DNA from: Octopus sinensis
Lineage: Eukaryota
Length of the DNA: 64,000 nt
Direction of reading: 5' to 3'
Assembly: GCF_006345805.1 (NCBI RefSeq)
Contig: NC_043005.1
Span: 92,690,001 to 92,754,000 of the forward strand
Part shown: piece by piece, positions 1 to 12,119 of the stretch
Layout of the letters: the number at the start of each line of letters is the position of its first letter
Position numbering within the stretch: position 1 is the first letter of the stretch
Notes under the pieces: generated by a model
The model's input: the letters and a program-made list of their open reading frames with translations, nothing else
Database searches by the model: none
Told to the model about the DNA's origin: nothing
Position numbers and translations under genes: made by a program

Positions 1-621
1 ATTACCCTTAATTCTAAATTTGGTAAATATCTGTAAAAACATTCTAAACAAATTTAGATTGTTTTAAGTCAGCCACATTTCCTGTCAGATGGTAACCTTA
101 ACTGTAAAAAAAATTTCCTTTTGATAAATCCAAAAGAATGCAACAAACAAGCAGTAATTACTTATGCAATAATTCATGACAGGAAAACAAAAACAAAATC
201 GAAATTGAATTTTTGTTTGGAATTGTTTTCTAAAATTGAATAACAATTATCTCATTTGTAGTATTTAACTTCCATCTTCTGAGGATTTACTTCCTGTGGA
301 AGAAGTGGGATAAAAACATAAAAAAGGAAAAAAAAAATCGTTTTTTAGCATTGCTGTTGATGAGTTGATAATTTATCAACAACAACCAACTGACACAGCC
401 GTGTTTTTATTTCAATCTGGAGTTTGAGCAGTGCCATCCAAGTAATGGCTTGCTTGTTGTTGCTGATAAGAGATTTCGATGCCATCTGACAGTTTATTCT
501 TAGGTTTATTCATTACAAAAAGGTAACATTAGGAGCTGGATTCCAGCATTCTCTGAAAAGACTCCTTATGTTTCACTTTGTATGTTTGTCTATAAATTTT
601 TACTGATCTATATCAGGGTTA

Positions 622-1036
622 TACTCTACTCTCTTTTACTCTTTTACTTGTTTCAGTCATTTGACTGTAGCCATGCTGGAGCACCGCCTTTAGTCGAGCA
701 ACTCGACCCCGGGACTTATTCTTTGTAAGCCTAATACTTATTCTATCGGTCTCTATTGCCGAACCGCTAAGTTACGGGGACGTAAACACACCAGCATCGG
801 TTGTCAAGCGATGTTGGGGGGACAAACACAGACACACAAACACACACATACACATATATATATATATACATATATACGACAGGCTTCTTTCAGTTTCCGT
901 CTACCAAATCCACTCACAAGGCTTTGGTCGGCCCGGGGCTATAGCAGAAGACACTTGCCCAAGGTGCCACGCAGTGGGACTGAACCCGGAACCATGTGGT
1001 TGCTTAGCAAGCTACTTACCACACAGCCACTCCTGC
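622..1036 (-). mobile_element. tRNA-derived SINE (family 1), near full length
   Basis: Minus strand starts GCAGGAGTGGCTGTGTGGTAAG (A-box-like), then GGTTCAGTCCC (B-box-like), internal (TA)/(TG) microsatellite and an (AAGAGT)n-type tail. Close copy at 51529-51922. Confidence 0.85.
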
Positions 1037-1175
1037 TGAATATTTAAAAAAAAAATTTCGTATTCAGCTTTAAGTTTCTACTTTTGATTAATAAAAGCTC
1101 ATTATCTGCAGATCCAGAAACCATTTTACCAAACAAGCATTATTTTTGTATGGATTATATTGTTTATATATACAA

Positions 1176-1508
1176 TTCTTTCTTTTATTTGTTTCAATCA
1201 TCAGACTGCAGCCCATGCTGGGGCACCACCTTCAAGAATTTTAGTCAAATGATGACTCCCAGGTGGTTGTTGTTGTTTTTAAAGCCTGGTTCTAATTCCA
1301 CCAATCTCTTTTGTTGAACTTCTAAGTTACTGGGAGTAAACACACTAACCCTGGTTGCCAAGCAGTGGTGGGTAACACACACACAAACACACTGGGCTTC
1401 CTTCAGTTTCTGTCTACTATATTCACTTACATGGCTTTGGTTAGCCTGGAGCTATAATGGAAGACACTTGCCCAACATGTCATGTGTTGGGACTGAACCC
1501 AGAACCAT
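1176..1508 (-). mobile_element. SINE family 1, body and tail; head split off by RTE insertion
   Basis: Aligns to 622-995 and stops abruptly at GAACCCAGAACCAT, where the RTE (CAT)n tail begins. Confidence 0.75.
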
Positions 1509-4500
1509 CATTATCATCATCATTTAATGTCAGTTTTCCATGCTAGCATGGGTTGGACGATTTTGACTGAGGGCTGGCAACCAGATGGTTGCACCAGGCG
1601 CCAGTCTTGATCTGGCAGAGTTTCTATAGCTGGATGCCCTTCCTAATGCCAACCACTCTGAGAGTGTAGTGGGTGCTTTTTACGTGCCACCTGCACGGGG
1701 GCCAGTCAGGTGGTACTGGCAATGCCCTCGCTCGAATCTTTTTTCACGTGTCACTGGCACAGGTGCCAGTGAAGTGACATTGGTAACAATCACGTTCGAA
1801 TGGTGCCCTTTTACATGCCACAGGTACAGAAGCCAGTTGGCTGCTCTGGCAACAATCACGCTCGGATGGTGTTCTTGGCACCCTCCTAGCACAGGCATAA
1901 GTGCCAGTAAGGCAATGCTGGTAACGATCATACTTGAATAGCTGCTCTGTCAATGATCACACTCATATGGTGCTCTTTGCACCCCGCTAGCACGGATGCC
2001 AGTCATTGAAATGATTTTGATTTTGAATTTGATTTCACTTGCCTCAACAGGTCTTCGCAAGCAAAGTTTAGTGACCAAAGAAGGAAAAGGTACGCATAAG
2101 CGGGCTGGTTACGCTCCTGACATAGGCCATAGGTTATGGTCTCATCTGGCTTGCCAAGTCTTCTCAAGCACAGCATATTTCCAAAAGTCTCGATCGCTAG
2201 TCATTTCCTTGGTGAGGCCTAATGTTCGAAGGTCGTGCTTCACCACTTCATCCCAGGTCTTCCTGGGTCTACCTCTTCCACAAGTTCCCTCAACCACTAG
2301 GGTGTGACACTTTTTCACACCGCTATCCTCATCAATTCTCACCACATGACCATATCAGTGCAGTCGTATCTCTTGCAGACCACATCTAATGCTTCTTAGG
2401 TCCAACTTTTCTCTCAAGGTACTTACACTATGTTGAGTATGCACACTGACATTACACATCCATCGGATCATACTGGCTTCATTTCTTGCGATCTTACACA
2501 TATCCTCAGCAGTCACAGCCCATGTTTCACAGCCGTGTAGCATGGCTGTTCATACACATGCATCATACAGTCTACCTTTTACTCTGAGCGAGAGGCCCTT
2601 TGTCACCAGCAGAGGTAAGAGCTCTCTGAACTTTGCCCAAGCTATTCTTATTCTAGCAGCTATACATTCAGTGCACCCTCCTTCGCTACTGATTTGGTCA
2701 CCTAGATAATGAAAGCTATCAACTACTTCTTGTTTTTCTCCCTGGAATGTGGCGGAAGTTGGTCTCTGCGCATTTTCAGTGTTTATCGCTCCCAAGCATC
2801 TGCCACATACAAAAACTATCTTCCCAGTTAGCCTTCCTTTGATATTACTGCACCTCTTATGTGTCCTTAGCTTACACTGGGTACATCTTATAGAGTTTCT
2901 ACCTACGCCTCTACTACAGATCGAGCAGGGCCATCTACCTGAAGGCGTTTGTGGCTTGCCTGCCTTCCTACTTATTAGGACTTTGGTTTTAGCTAGGTTG
3001 ATTCTAAGGCCCTTTGATTCTAATCCTTGTTTCCACACTTAAAACTTCTCCTCCAGTTCTGATAGTGACTCAGCGATTAGAGCAAGGTCGTCAGCATAGA
3101 GGAGCTCCCAGAGGCATTCTGTGTGGAATTCCTCCGTTATTGCCTAGAGGACTATGATAAATAGGAGGGGGCTGAGGGCTGAACCCTGGTGGACCCCAAC
3201 CTCTACCTTGAATTCTTTAGTGTACTCATTGCCAATCCTTACCTTACTTACAGCATCCCTGTACATGGCTTGCACAGCTCTTACTAACCATTCATCTATC
3301 CCTAGTTTCCTCATTAACCACCAGATAAGGGATCGGGGGACCCTGTCAAAGGCTTTCTCCATGTCAATGAAAGCCAGGTACAGGGGCTTATCTTTGGCTA
3401 GGTATTTCTCCTGCAGCTGTCTTACCAGAAATATGGCATCAGTGGTGCTTTTCCCTGGCACGAAACCAAACTGCATCTCATCCAAGCTGACTCTCTCCCT
3501 AATAAGTTGGGTTATGATCCTCTCTGTAACCTTCATTACCTGATCCAACAGCTTGATACCTCTGTAATTATTTGTATCTAGGGCGTCCCCTTTACTTTTG
3601 TAGCAGTTAACTATTATCCTGCTACACCAGTCATTGGGTATGACTTGTTCGTGTATCACCTGGTTAACTATACGGGTGACTTGGCTATAGCTGACACTGC
3701 CAGAGATTTTGAGCATCTCTGCAGTAATTCCTGATGGGCCTGGGGCTTTCCCTGTCTTCATACTTCTAATTGCCTTAACTACCAAGGAACTGTCAACACG
3801 GATAGCCGGTCCCTCTGTTGGGTCCACATTCGGCAGACTCTCTTTATCCCATGCATTTTCTTTATTCAGCAACCTTTCATAGTGGCGTCTCCAAACCATT
3901 CTCTTTGCATCGCCATTTAGCGTAAGTGAACCATCATCCATGTGAACATATTTCTCTCCTACCACATCACGCTTCTCTCTCACACACTGTCTTGCAACAC
4001 GAAATATCTCAAGTCTTTGGTCCTCACAGCACAGAACATTGGCAAATTTTTTCTTATCTGCTTCAACCTCTGGCTAAATACACCTGCCTCCTAGCTTCCC
4101 TTCTGGCAGTCTGATACACTTCCTTGCTACCACCGTTCTTCCAGTCCTTTCAAGCCTGTTTTTTTTTGTCTAATAGCCCTGTCAACAATATTGTTCCACC
4201 ACCACGTTATTTTGGGTCTTGAGGGGACTTTGCACCATCCACAGATCTGGTCAGTGGCTCTCAGCAGGTTGTCCCTTAGAAACCTCCAGTTGTCTTCTAC
4301 CCCATGTGAAGCTTTATCCCCTTCTACTTCGTTAAAGGCTTCAAGTAATATGTCTCTAAATCTCTGTCCATTCGCAGGATCTTTAAGCTTCCAGACCCTT
4401 CTTCTCCATGTTGGTCGTCTTCTGGTTGTCCTCTTAGTCCTGATCCTAAAGTCACTAACTACCAGTCTATGTTGTGGGGTACATTCTTCACCTGGGAAGC

Positions 4501-5880
4501 TTTTGGCATTTATAAGCAGCCATCTTTCCCTTTTTCTGGCAAGGATGTAGTCAATTTGGCTAGTATGTCGGCCGATCAGTAGGTGACTAGGTGGCTGGTA
4601 GGTTTCCTGAAGTTAGTGTTGTAGACCATAAGATCATTTGCATCACAGAATTCCAGCAGCCTGGTTCCCTCCTCATTGCAGGACCCATAACCGTAGCCTC
4701 CATGTATGTCATGGAAGGCCCCAGCATGTTGTCCAACATGCCCATTGAAGTCACCAGCCACAAAGAGAAGGTCCCTGTCATTCGTCAACGAGGTAGTCTT
4801 GCAGTAGGGTGTCATAGAATCGGTCTTTCTGTCCATCGGCTAGCCCTGGCTGAGGGACATAGGCCAATATAATGGTTGCTAATCCATGATGAAGCACTAA
4901 TCTAATCTTAAGTATTCTGTCACATACTCTGACTACCTCAATTACCTTATCTACCCATTTTTCAGCGAGAAGTATACCCACGCCCCTGACCCTGTCAGTG
5001 TTCCCAGCCCAGAAAATCTTGTACCTGTGTTCTTTGCCTGTGAGGAACCTAGCAGAACCTCCTCTCCACCTCACTTCTTGGATGCAACACATATTGACAT
5101 TTCTCCATTCAAGCATCTCAACAATCTCGCCAGACCTACCTTTCAGTGTGCCAATGTTGAGGGTGCCAACCCTGAGGGTGTGGGAGGTATGGGCCCTAGA
5201 GACCCTGGGACGGGGGACAGTAGCTTCATGTACCTGAAAAGAAAACTCGCATTTGGCAGGATTCATAGACAAACAATAGACTTAAGTTCAAACCGCGTAC
5301 ACTACACTATCATATTTTGCACTGTATGATCACTACCTTATATAGCAGGGGGTTGGGGTGGCATAAGCATTTAGAAGTATTCATGAGAGACAACCAAGGA
5401 TGACAAAATTGGGACTTCCGGTAAAGGTGGAGGGGGCGGGTGCACCGTCAAAACTAGCAGCCATGAAGGGGCGCATCTCTTGGAAAAGGTATACTTCGTT
5501 GTTGATATTAAGAGACATAATTGAGAGAGAGAGTGAGATAGTTAATTTAACAGGACAGCAAATGTTGATAATAGAATTTAAGAATCTGAGAGCCAATCTA
5601 AGACATAATTGGAGACTAAATGTCTGTGTGATGGACTTTCATGAGTGAGGGAATAGGTTGCAGATTTAGGGTAGATGCGTGAGCTAAATTTATCTTAGAC
5701 ATCGATAAGTAAGAAGGAACTATAGAATTATATATTTAACATGAGGCGTGAAGCTGAAATAGACAGAGTGAAACAGAATAGTGATAAACTAATAAGGGTT
5801 AATGAATTGCGCAGAAATAATACAAGGTAGTTAAATGGGTTGAATTTAAAGGAATGCTTATCTGTGATGCATCATCTTTT
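1509..5880 (-). mobile_element. RTE-clade LINE, copy 1, apparently full length (~4.37 kb)
   Basis: APE endonuclease (TLNIGTL..CIQEVRW, AGDFNGHVG), RT motifs (QFGFVPGKSTTDAIF, DMEKAFDRVP, GVHQGS.LSPLLF, YADDL), 3'UTR and (GAT)n tail. Both ends are delimited by the two halves of an interrupted SINE. Confidence 0.92.
2142..5266 (-). pseudogene. RTE EN-RT-PHD ORF, disrupted by stops and frameshifts
   Basis: ORF-track fragments 4778-5272, 4576-4836, 3144-3983, 2550-3038, 2355-2543 and 2142-2345 tile one endonuclease/reverse transcriptase polyprotein. Confidence 0.92.
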
Positions 5881-5926
5881 ATGTTCGTGGGAAGTAAACC
5901 TCTTATCACACAGCCATGCCTGTGCC
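5881..5926 (-). mobile_element. SINE family 1 5' head (remainder of 1176-1508)
   Basis: ATGTTCGTGGGAAGTAAACCTCTTATCACACAGCCATGCCTG resembles 993-1036, the segment missing from the 1176-1508 copy. Confidence 0.7.
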
Positions 5927-6149
5927 TATATGTAAAAGACTTGTTTTATTTATATTCCTGAGCACCATACTAATACAATTGTTTGTTTGTATTCCACCTG
6001 CCTTCGTCTTTTGTTTATTTTCATAAAGCATCAGAACGCAGGACCTGGCACCAGTCCTGCTTTTCATACTGTCTCTCTGACTCACTATAACCATTCATCA
6101 TCCAACACAAGATCACCTCTTCCAATGCCCCCTCCCCTCTCAAAAGATT

Positions 6150-6460
6150 TTTTTTTGTCTTGCAAATACTTGATGACCCTGTTAGTGCAGGTGCCACTTA
6201 AAAAGCATCCAGTCTGCACTGTAAAGTGGTTGACGTTTGGAAGGGCATCCAGCTGTAAAAACCTTACAAAAACTGACCTCATCAATGCTTGTGCCATGTA
6301 AAAAGCACTCTGTCCACTCTGCTAGGTGGGTGGTGTTAGGAAGGGCATCAAGCTGTCAAAATCCTGCCAAAACAGTCAACAAAAGTCTGCCTGGCCAGCT
6401 CTTGTCAAATCATTCCACCCATGCCAGCAAGGAAGGTGGATGTTAAACAATGATGAGGCA
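6150..6460 (+). mobile_element. RTE-type 3' tail fragment with internally duplicated core
   Basis: Two GGAAGGGCATC cores (6239, 6339), CCATGCCAGCA..GGATGTTAAA and a degenerate ATG tail. Confidence 0.7.
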
Positions 6461-7144
6461 GATGATTTGCCATCTGATTCAGCAAAGTGAGGGATTATTT
6501 TTTTTTATACCAGTTTTTCAATCATGAGCAGGAAAACTTCCTATTTCAGCTATGTTGATGTGAAAACTCATACAGTGTATCCATCCAAGCTACCAGCAGT
6601 AGTCTCAATGGATACCTTCGGATCAGTAATTAAACTTTAACCATTCATTAACTCTGCACAATAAAAGGGTATTACAGCATTTGGTAGAATTCTTTTCAAG
6701 ACACTGTCCTATTTGAAATTAGACTCTGCATCCATTTCTAAAGCAATTATCATAATCATTATTTTAACATTTAATTTCCCATGCTTATAGGTAGAGTGAA
6801 ATTCAGTGAAGCAAATTTTTCAATCGTCGGATGCCATTCTTGTTGTCAATCTTCACTTGTTTCCAAGCAAGGTAATATTTCTGCTTGTATGGCAAACATG
6901 AATGGCATTATAGTCAGCCATATTCTCATGAAAGATTGCAACTGTATGATACCATTTGTATGATGGTGACATTTGACACCCATCAGTCTTTGAGAAACCC
7001 CTGTGGAGGAGGATGAAGAGTAATTCAAGAAAAGACTGAAGACCAGTCTTCAAACTGTGTATATAAATGATATATATTCATCTAATGCAGTTTAAAGCTG
7101 TTTGACAAATAACCCCTATTTACAAATCCATGTATATTCCACTT

Positions 7145-7545
7145 CATCATCATCATCATCATCATTTAGTGTCCATTTTCTATGCTGGCATGGGTTAGAT
7201 GGTTTGCCTGGAATTGGGAAGCCAGAGAACTGTACCAGGCTCCAGTCTGATTTGACTTGCTTACTACAGCTGGATGCCCTTCCTGACACCAACCACTCCA
7301 AGAGTGTAATGGGTGCCTTTTATGCGTCACTGGCACTGACCATGACTACAATTTCACTTGGCTTGATGAGTTTTCTCAAGCACAGCAAATCACCAAAGGT
7401 CTCAGTCTCTTGTCATCACCTTCATGAGACCTAACGCCAAAAGATCATACTTCACCATCTTATTCCATGTCTTTCTGGGTCTATCTCTTCCACAGGTTCC
7501 CTCCACAGTTAGAAATCAGCACATGTTACTGCAGTTGTATCATTT
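7145..7545 (-). mobile_element. RTE 3' fragment (ORF end, 3'UTR and tail)
   Basis: (CAT)n tail, GATGCCCTTCC core, and the reverse complement of the GTCGRDRPRKTW ORF-end motif near 7470-7505. Confidence 0.75.
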
Positions 7546-7659
7546 GATACAAATCTGGAATTTGGGTGTTTCACATGCAGAAAATAAAACAAAACATAAG
7601 CACTCGCCATATTTGTGGATTTGTATAGTTTTGAGTTTAACTCCAAAATTCATGAACAT

Positions 7660-7998
7660 CATTACCAGAGTGGCTAACTGGCTTCCATGCTGGTGGCACA
7701 TAAAAGGCACCATTTGAGCGTAATCGTTACCAGTGTCGCCTTACTGGCACTTGTGCTGGTGGTACGTGAAAAAAGATTTGAGCGAGGTCGTTGCCAGTAC
7801 CACCTGACTAGCCCCCGTGCTGGTGGCACGTAAAAGCACCCACTACACTCTCAGAGTGGTTGGCATTAGGAAGGGCATCTAGCTGTAGAAACTCTGCCAG
7901 ATCAAGATTGGAGCCTGGTGCAGCCTTCTGGTTCACCAGCCCTCAGTCAAATCGTCCAACCCATGCTAGCATGGAAAGAGGACGTAAAACAATGATGC
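7660..7998 (+). mobile_element. RTE 3'UTR and tail fragment (copy-1-type modules)
   Basis: High similarity to the reverse complement of 1520-1860, including the same hairpin modules. Confidence 0.8.
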
Positions 7999-8129
7999 TG
8001 ATCATCATATTAATGATCTACTAATATGCTAATTAAATAATAAGTTTTACAAAGTTGAACATATATTCTCCAAAACAATATTGGCATCCCTTGAAAATAT
8101 TGGAGCCAAGATAAATCTTTCTCAGTGCA

Positions 8130-8535
8130 AAGAAGAGGATTAAATTCAATTTGTTCTAGCAATGGCACACAACTGAAGGAGATCAGTAACTTGGGGGCCT
8201 ATGTTGCTGACAGTAAGGAAGGCTTCCTTATACACAAAGGACAAGCCTACAGTACCTGTAATAAACTTCACAACATTTGGCAACCAAGCATTTCAAAGTT
8301 GCTAAGGCTGGTCTTATTCAGAGTACACATAAAGAGCATTCTTCTTCATGGAATCAAATCTTGTGTTAAAGGGGCTTCAAGGTCACCTTGATACTATGTT
8401 AGGTTTCCCATGAAGATCCAAAATACATCATGGAGTGAACAAAACAAAAAAGAATTTCCATGCGCATTCTATCATCTCTGCTATTGTTGTTCATTGCAAA
8501 GTAGTCTTTCCTGGCCACTGCTATCATACTGAATA
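8130..8535 (+). pseudogene. Degenerate LINE fragment of a second RTE-like family (post-RT region)
   Basis: Translation LGAYVADSKEGFLIHKGQAYSTCNKLHNIW..LFRVHIKSILLHG and later FPGHCY resembles the YLGS..AW.AC.KL..IW..LLYG / FAGHCY motifs of RTE-like LINE C-termini. Confidence 0.6.
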
Positions 8536-8721
8536 CTATTGTATTCATAATTTAATTAATTTGCTAAAATTTATAATTAGCAATTGGTTTTCTCAACATA
8601 TTTGTTCTGTTTCTTGTGACATTTGATCAATGGTAGTTTTTCTTTCTGCTTTTACTTGCTGCCAGGCTGTTTTTTTTTAAATAACACCATATGCCTGAAA
8701 TATCTGTCATTGAGTCAGTGA

Positions 8722-8905
8722 AGGAGCCTCTACATGACTGGTTGACCTAAAAATAACAGTTAAACTGCACCATGCTATCTTAGAAAAGGACATGTTGGAT
8801 AACATAGTCTAGGGTTCCTTGCATATCAGAGAAAAAGCGGAAGGTCATAGCCGATCATAGGTTTATCCTATCAGGTGTAACCCAGGGCTAAATAACAGTA
8901 ACAAT
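8722..8905 (+). repeat. Dispersed SINE-like repeat remnant
   Basis: Resembles 37015-37222 and the reverse complement of the 107-bp tandem unit at 17839-18210; ends GGGCTAAATAACAGTAACAA. Confidence 0.4.
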
Positions 8906-9660
8906 GTTTCTGTTCTTATTCTCAGAGCTCACGTAGATGATCAAGGCAAAGAAAATATATTAATAATTAAAGACAAACATCAGAGCTGTAATTTTATGTT
9001 GTGTAATTTACTTTGTTTTGGTAATGTAATTGAAAATGTGAAGAATATTAAACAAAAATACAAGTCTTGTAAGTATTCATTGCCATGGGAATATTTTGTT
9101 GATAATACCTCCTCTCTTGTAAAGCTCTTTCATTATTTCGATGTGTGTTTGCATTCATTTAACTCTTGGCCAGACTCAAACAGAAATGTTTTTCAAGATT
9201 GTTAAATAAAATTGTTCAAACCGCATGGGTTCCACAAACGGCACTTTTCTTTTCTCTTCTTTTCTCTTCACAGTTGGCACTTGTAGGTGCACAGTTTGAA
9301 TATTGTTATTCATTCTTTGACTTTTCATGTTTATTTAATAACTGAAAAGAGAGCAAAAAGTATTTACTACACAAAAACTTACATTATGTCAGCATTCAGG
9401 AATGTCAGCAGAAACATAGTGTTACAGCATTACAGACTTCAGTAAGTTGCCAAAGTTTTATGTTGCTCATCTGTTGAGTTTCTTTTAATGAATGAGATGA
9501 CTCAAGCTATCTTGGCTACAGATTACCGCCATCTTCTTTTAGGTTTCTTTCAAGAGATTTCTGTTTATTTCCGCTATTTAAATATGAACCAAAAATGTAA
9601 TGAATTTCATAGGTTAATTTCTTTTAAAATATGATTTCACTCAGATAAAATAAAATAACT

Positions 9661-9728
9661 ACTGAGATGTACTTGCATAGCAAGTAACCTGATCTGAGAT
9701 CGTGTGTTGGAACAAAAACAATTGCAGC
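9661..9728 (-). mobile_element. Terminal fragment of the fold-back element family
   Basis: Reverse complement of 18815-18884 (GATGTACTTGCATAGCAAG..GATCTGAGATCGTGTG..TTGCAGC). Confidence 0.75.
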
Positions 9729-9744
9729 CTGTGCTTGAGAAGGA

Positions 9745-9981
9745 AGACCATCGAGCGGAGTAAAATCATAGTCATGGTGTCACGCAAATGGCACCTATGC
9801 CGATGCCACGTAAAAGCACCCATTACACTCTTCAAGTGGTTGGTGTTAGGAAGGGCATCCAGCTGTAGAAACCATGCCAAATCAAATAGGAGTCTGGTGT
9901 AGCCCCTCCGCTTACCAGCTTTGGTCAACCCACCCAACCCATGCCAGCATGGACAATGGATGCTAAATGATGATGATGATG
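9745..9981 (+). mobile_element. RTE 3' tail fragment
   Basis: GGAAGGGCATCC core at 9849, CCATGCCAGCATGG hairpin, (ATG)n tail. Confidence 0.8.
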
Positions 9982-11669
9982 ATATATCAATCAATTGATT
10001 TACATTAGACACCTAATCAATGTTAAGCTGTATTTACTTATGTCATACTGAGTTAATATAATCCATACTGGTTTTATGTATTTAAGTAACACTAACTCTT
10101 GTCTGACTAATATGTCACATCATTTCAGTGTGGCACACTATCATGTGCCATTTGCATTTCAGCTGAAGATAATCCACTGCAATGAGAACATTTCTATGTA
10201 AATCACTTGGGTTGTTCCTAAAGCAGCTAATTCCTCACTTAAACAAGTCGTGGATTTCTTTTTCTTTTGAAAGTACATATGAAGATGGGAAATAGCAGGA
10301 GAGATAAAGTAAGGAATAGGGGGAAAAAGAAACCTCGGCACATTTTTCTGCAAAATTGCCCTTCTCCATATTCAGAATTGTTTACCATTGGTTTTAGACA
10401 TGCATTTCAACATGCTTTGAACACCTTTATTTGTGCTGCTATAAATGAAGTCCTTTGCTTGTCATGGCTTGAGTGCAATTTTAAAGCAATTGAAGCCATG
10501 GTTGTTAGTTACAAAGACACAGTTTATTTTGATCATTATGTATTTATGATCGAAGTTAGGTTTGATAAAAGTAAGTGGTAGGTGGCAGCAGTTGTTTGGA
10601 CTGTGGACTCATCTGAAGAAACCTGCTAAAGTCAGCTAAATGTTTGCTGTACAAGAATATAATCTCTATATGGAAGCAGTTCCAGTTAAGAATCAAAATT
10701 GGACGGTAGACTCAGTTTATAAAGAACGTGCTACATTCTGTGCTGCATTTCCACCTCAATTATATACTGTTGTTTTTTAGGCTATTTGCTTAAAACAAAT
10801 GCAAAATTTCCTATTCTAATTAAAGTAAAATATAATTAAAATGCAAGTTATTCCTGTGATCACTTAAACTCTGTTTTAATTACATGCATGTATAGATATT
10901 TATCATCTACTTAATAACTTACTGCTTATCAAAATATTATAGTTTATATTAAATTTTGTTGACAATAAAAATAAATGGAAAAAATGTAAATGGCCTATCT
11001 AAAATCAAACATTTCAAAAAGTATGTTTCTTCTGAGCTAACTTTTATAGGAATTATCATTTTATTTTGTTGCTTTTCTTGTTTTCTTGAATGTGTAGAAT
11101 TTTACGTAAATTATTAGCTTTGACACTTTCCTTGTTTTTAATTTGATTGAAACATTCTTTTAGCATATAGTGTTTTATTTAATTCAGTGATGTTCTAAAG
11201 AGAAATACTTCAGAAAAATAAATAATCTCTTTCAGGATCATTAAATAAGAATAATTATTGAAAGTATTGGAAAAGCAATCAGTGTATTGTAAGAATCTAT
11301 ATTAGAAGCTACATTTCACTCATTTGCTCAGATATTAATTAATAAGTTAGTTTTATGTTTACACAATTGTTTTGGAAATTAATATATCCTATGCATTATT
11401 ATTCTGTTTCTGTTTAATGCAAGGAAGAACACCAGAAATTTATAGATTAATTAATTTCTAGGATATTCTAGCTCTAATGATATATATATATCATCATCAT
11501 CATCATCATCATCATTTAACGTCCGCTTTCCATGCTAGCATGGGTTGGACGGTTCAACTGGGGTCTGGGGAGCCCGAAAGCTGCACCAGTCCAGTCAGAT
11601 CTGGCAGTGTTTCTACAGCTGGATGCCCTTCCTAACGCCAACCACTCCGAGAGTGTAGTGGGTGATTTT

Positions 11670-11980
11670 ATGTGCCACCGACACAGGTGCCAGACGAGGC
11701 TGGCAAACGGCCACGCTCGGATGTGTTTTTTATGTGCCACCGACACAGGTGCCAGACGAGGCTGGCAGACGGCCACGCTCGGATGGTGTTTTTATGTGCC
11801 ACCGACACAGGTGCCAGACCAAGACGAGGTGGCAGACGGCCACGCTCGGATGGTTTTTATGTGCCACCGACACAGGTGCCAGACGAGGCTGGCAGACGGC
11901 CACGCTCGGATGGTGTTTTTATGTGCCACCGACACAGGTGCCAGATGAGGCTGGCAAACGGCCACGATCGGATGGTGCTT
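11670..11980. repeat. Five tandem ~62-bp RTE 3'UTR modules
   Basis: ATGTGCCACCGACACAGGTGCCAG starts at 11670, 11732, 11794, 11859 and 11921. Confidence 0.92.
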
Positions 11981-12119
11981 GTTACGTGCCCACAGCACGG
12001 AGGCCAGTCGATGCGGTACTGGCTACGGCCACGTTCGGATGGTTTTCTTATGTGCCACGTGCCACCGGCACTGGTACCACAAAGATACAAATTCCATTGA
12101 TGTTCATCTATTTTGATTT

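Noticed and set aside
985-1036. tRNA gene
   Set aside because: A/B boxes belong to a SINE head; there is no full cloverleaf and the SINE body follows.
2749-5329. Antisense ORFs overlapping RTE copies (also 14679-16203 and 42356-44518)
   Set aside because: Shadow frames of the RT ORF, with variable ends between copies.
9401-9442. 42-nt micro-exon (+) and similar short AG..GT windows at 27604, 28382, 37448, 56989 and 48128 (-)
   Set aside because: Splice-like pairs around short open frames are expected by chance and could not be chained into a consistent gene.
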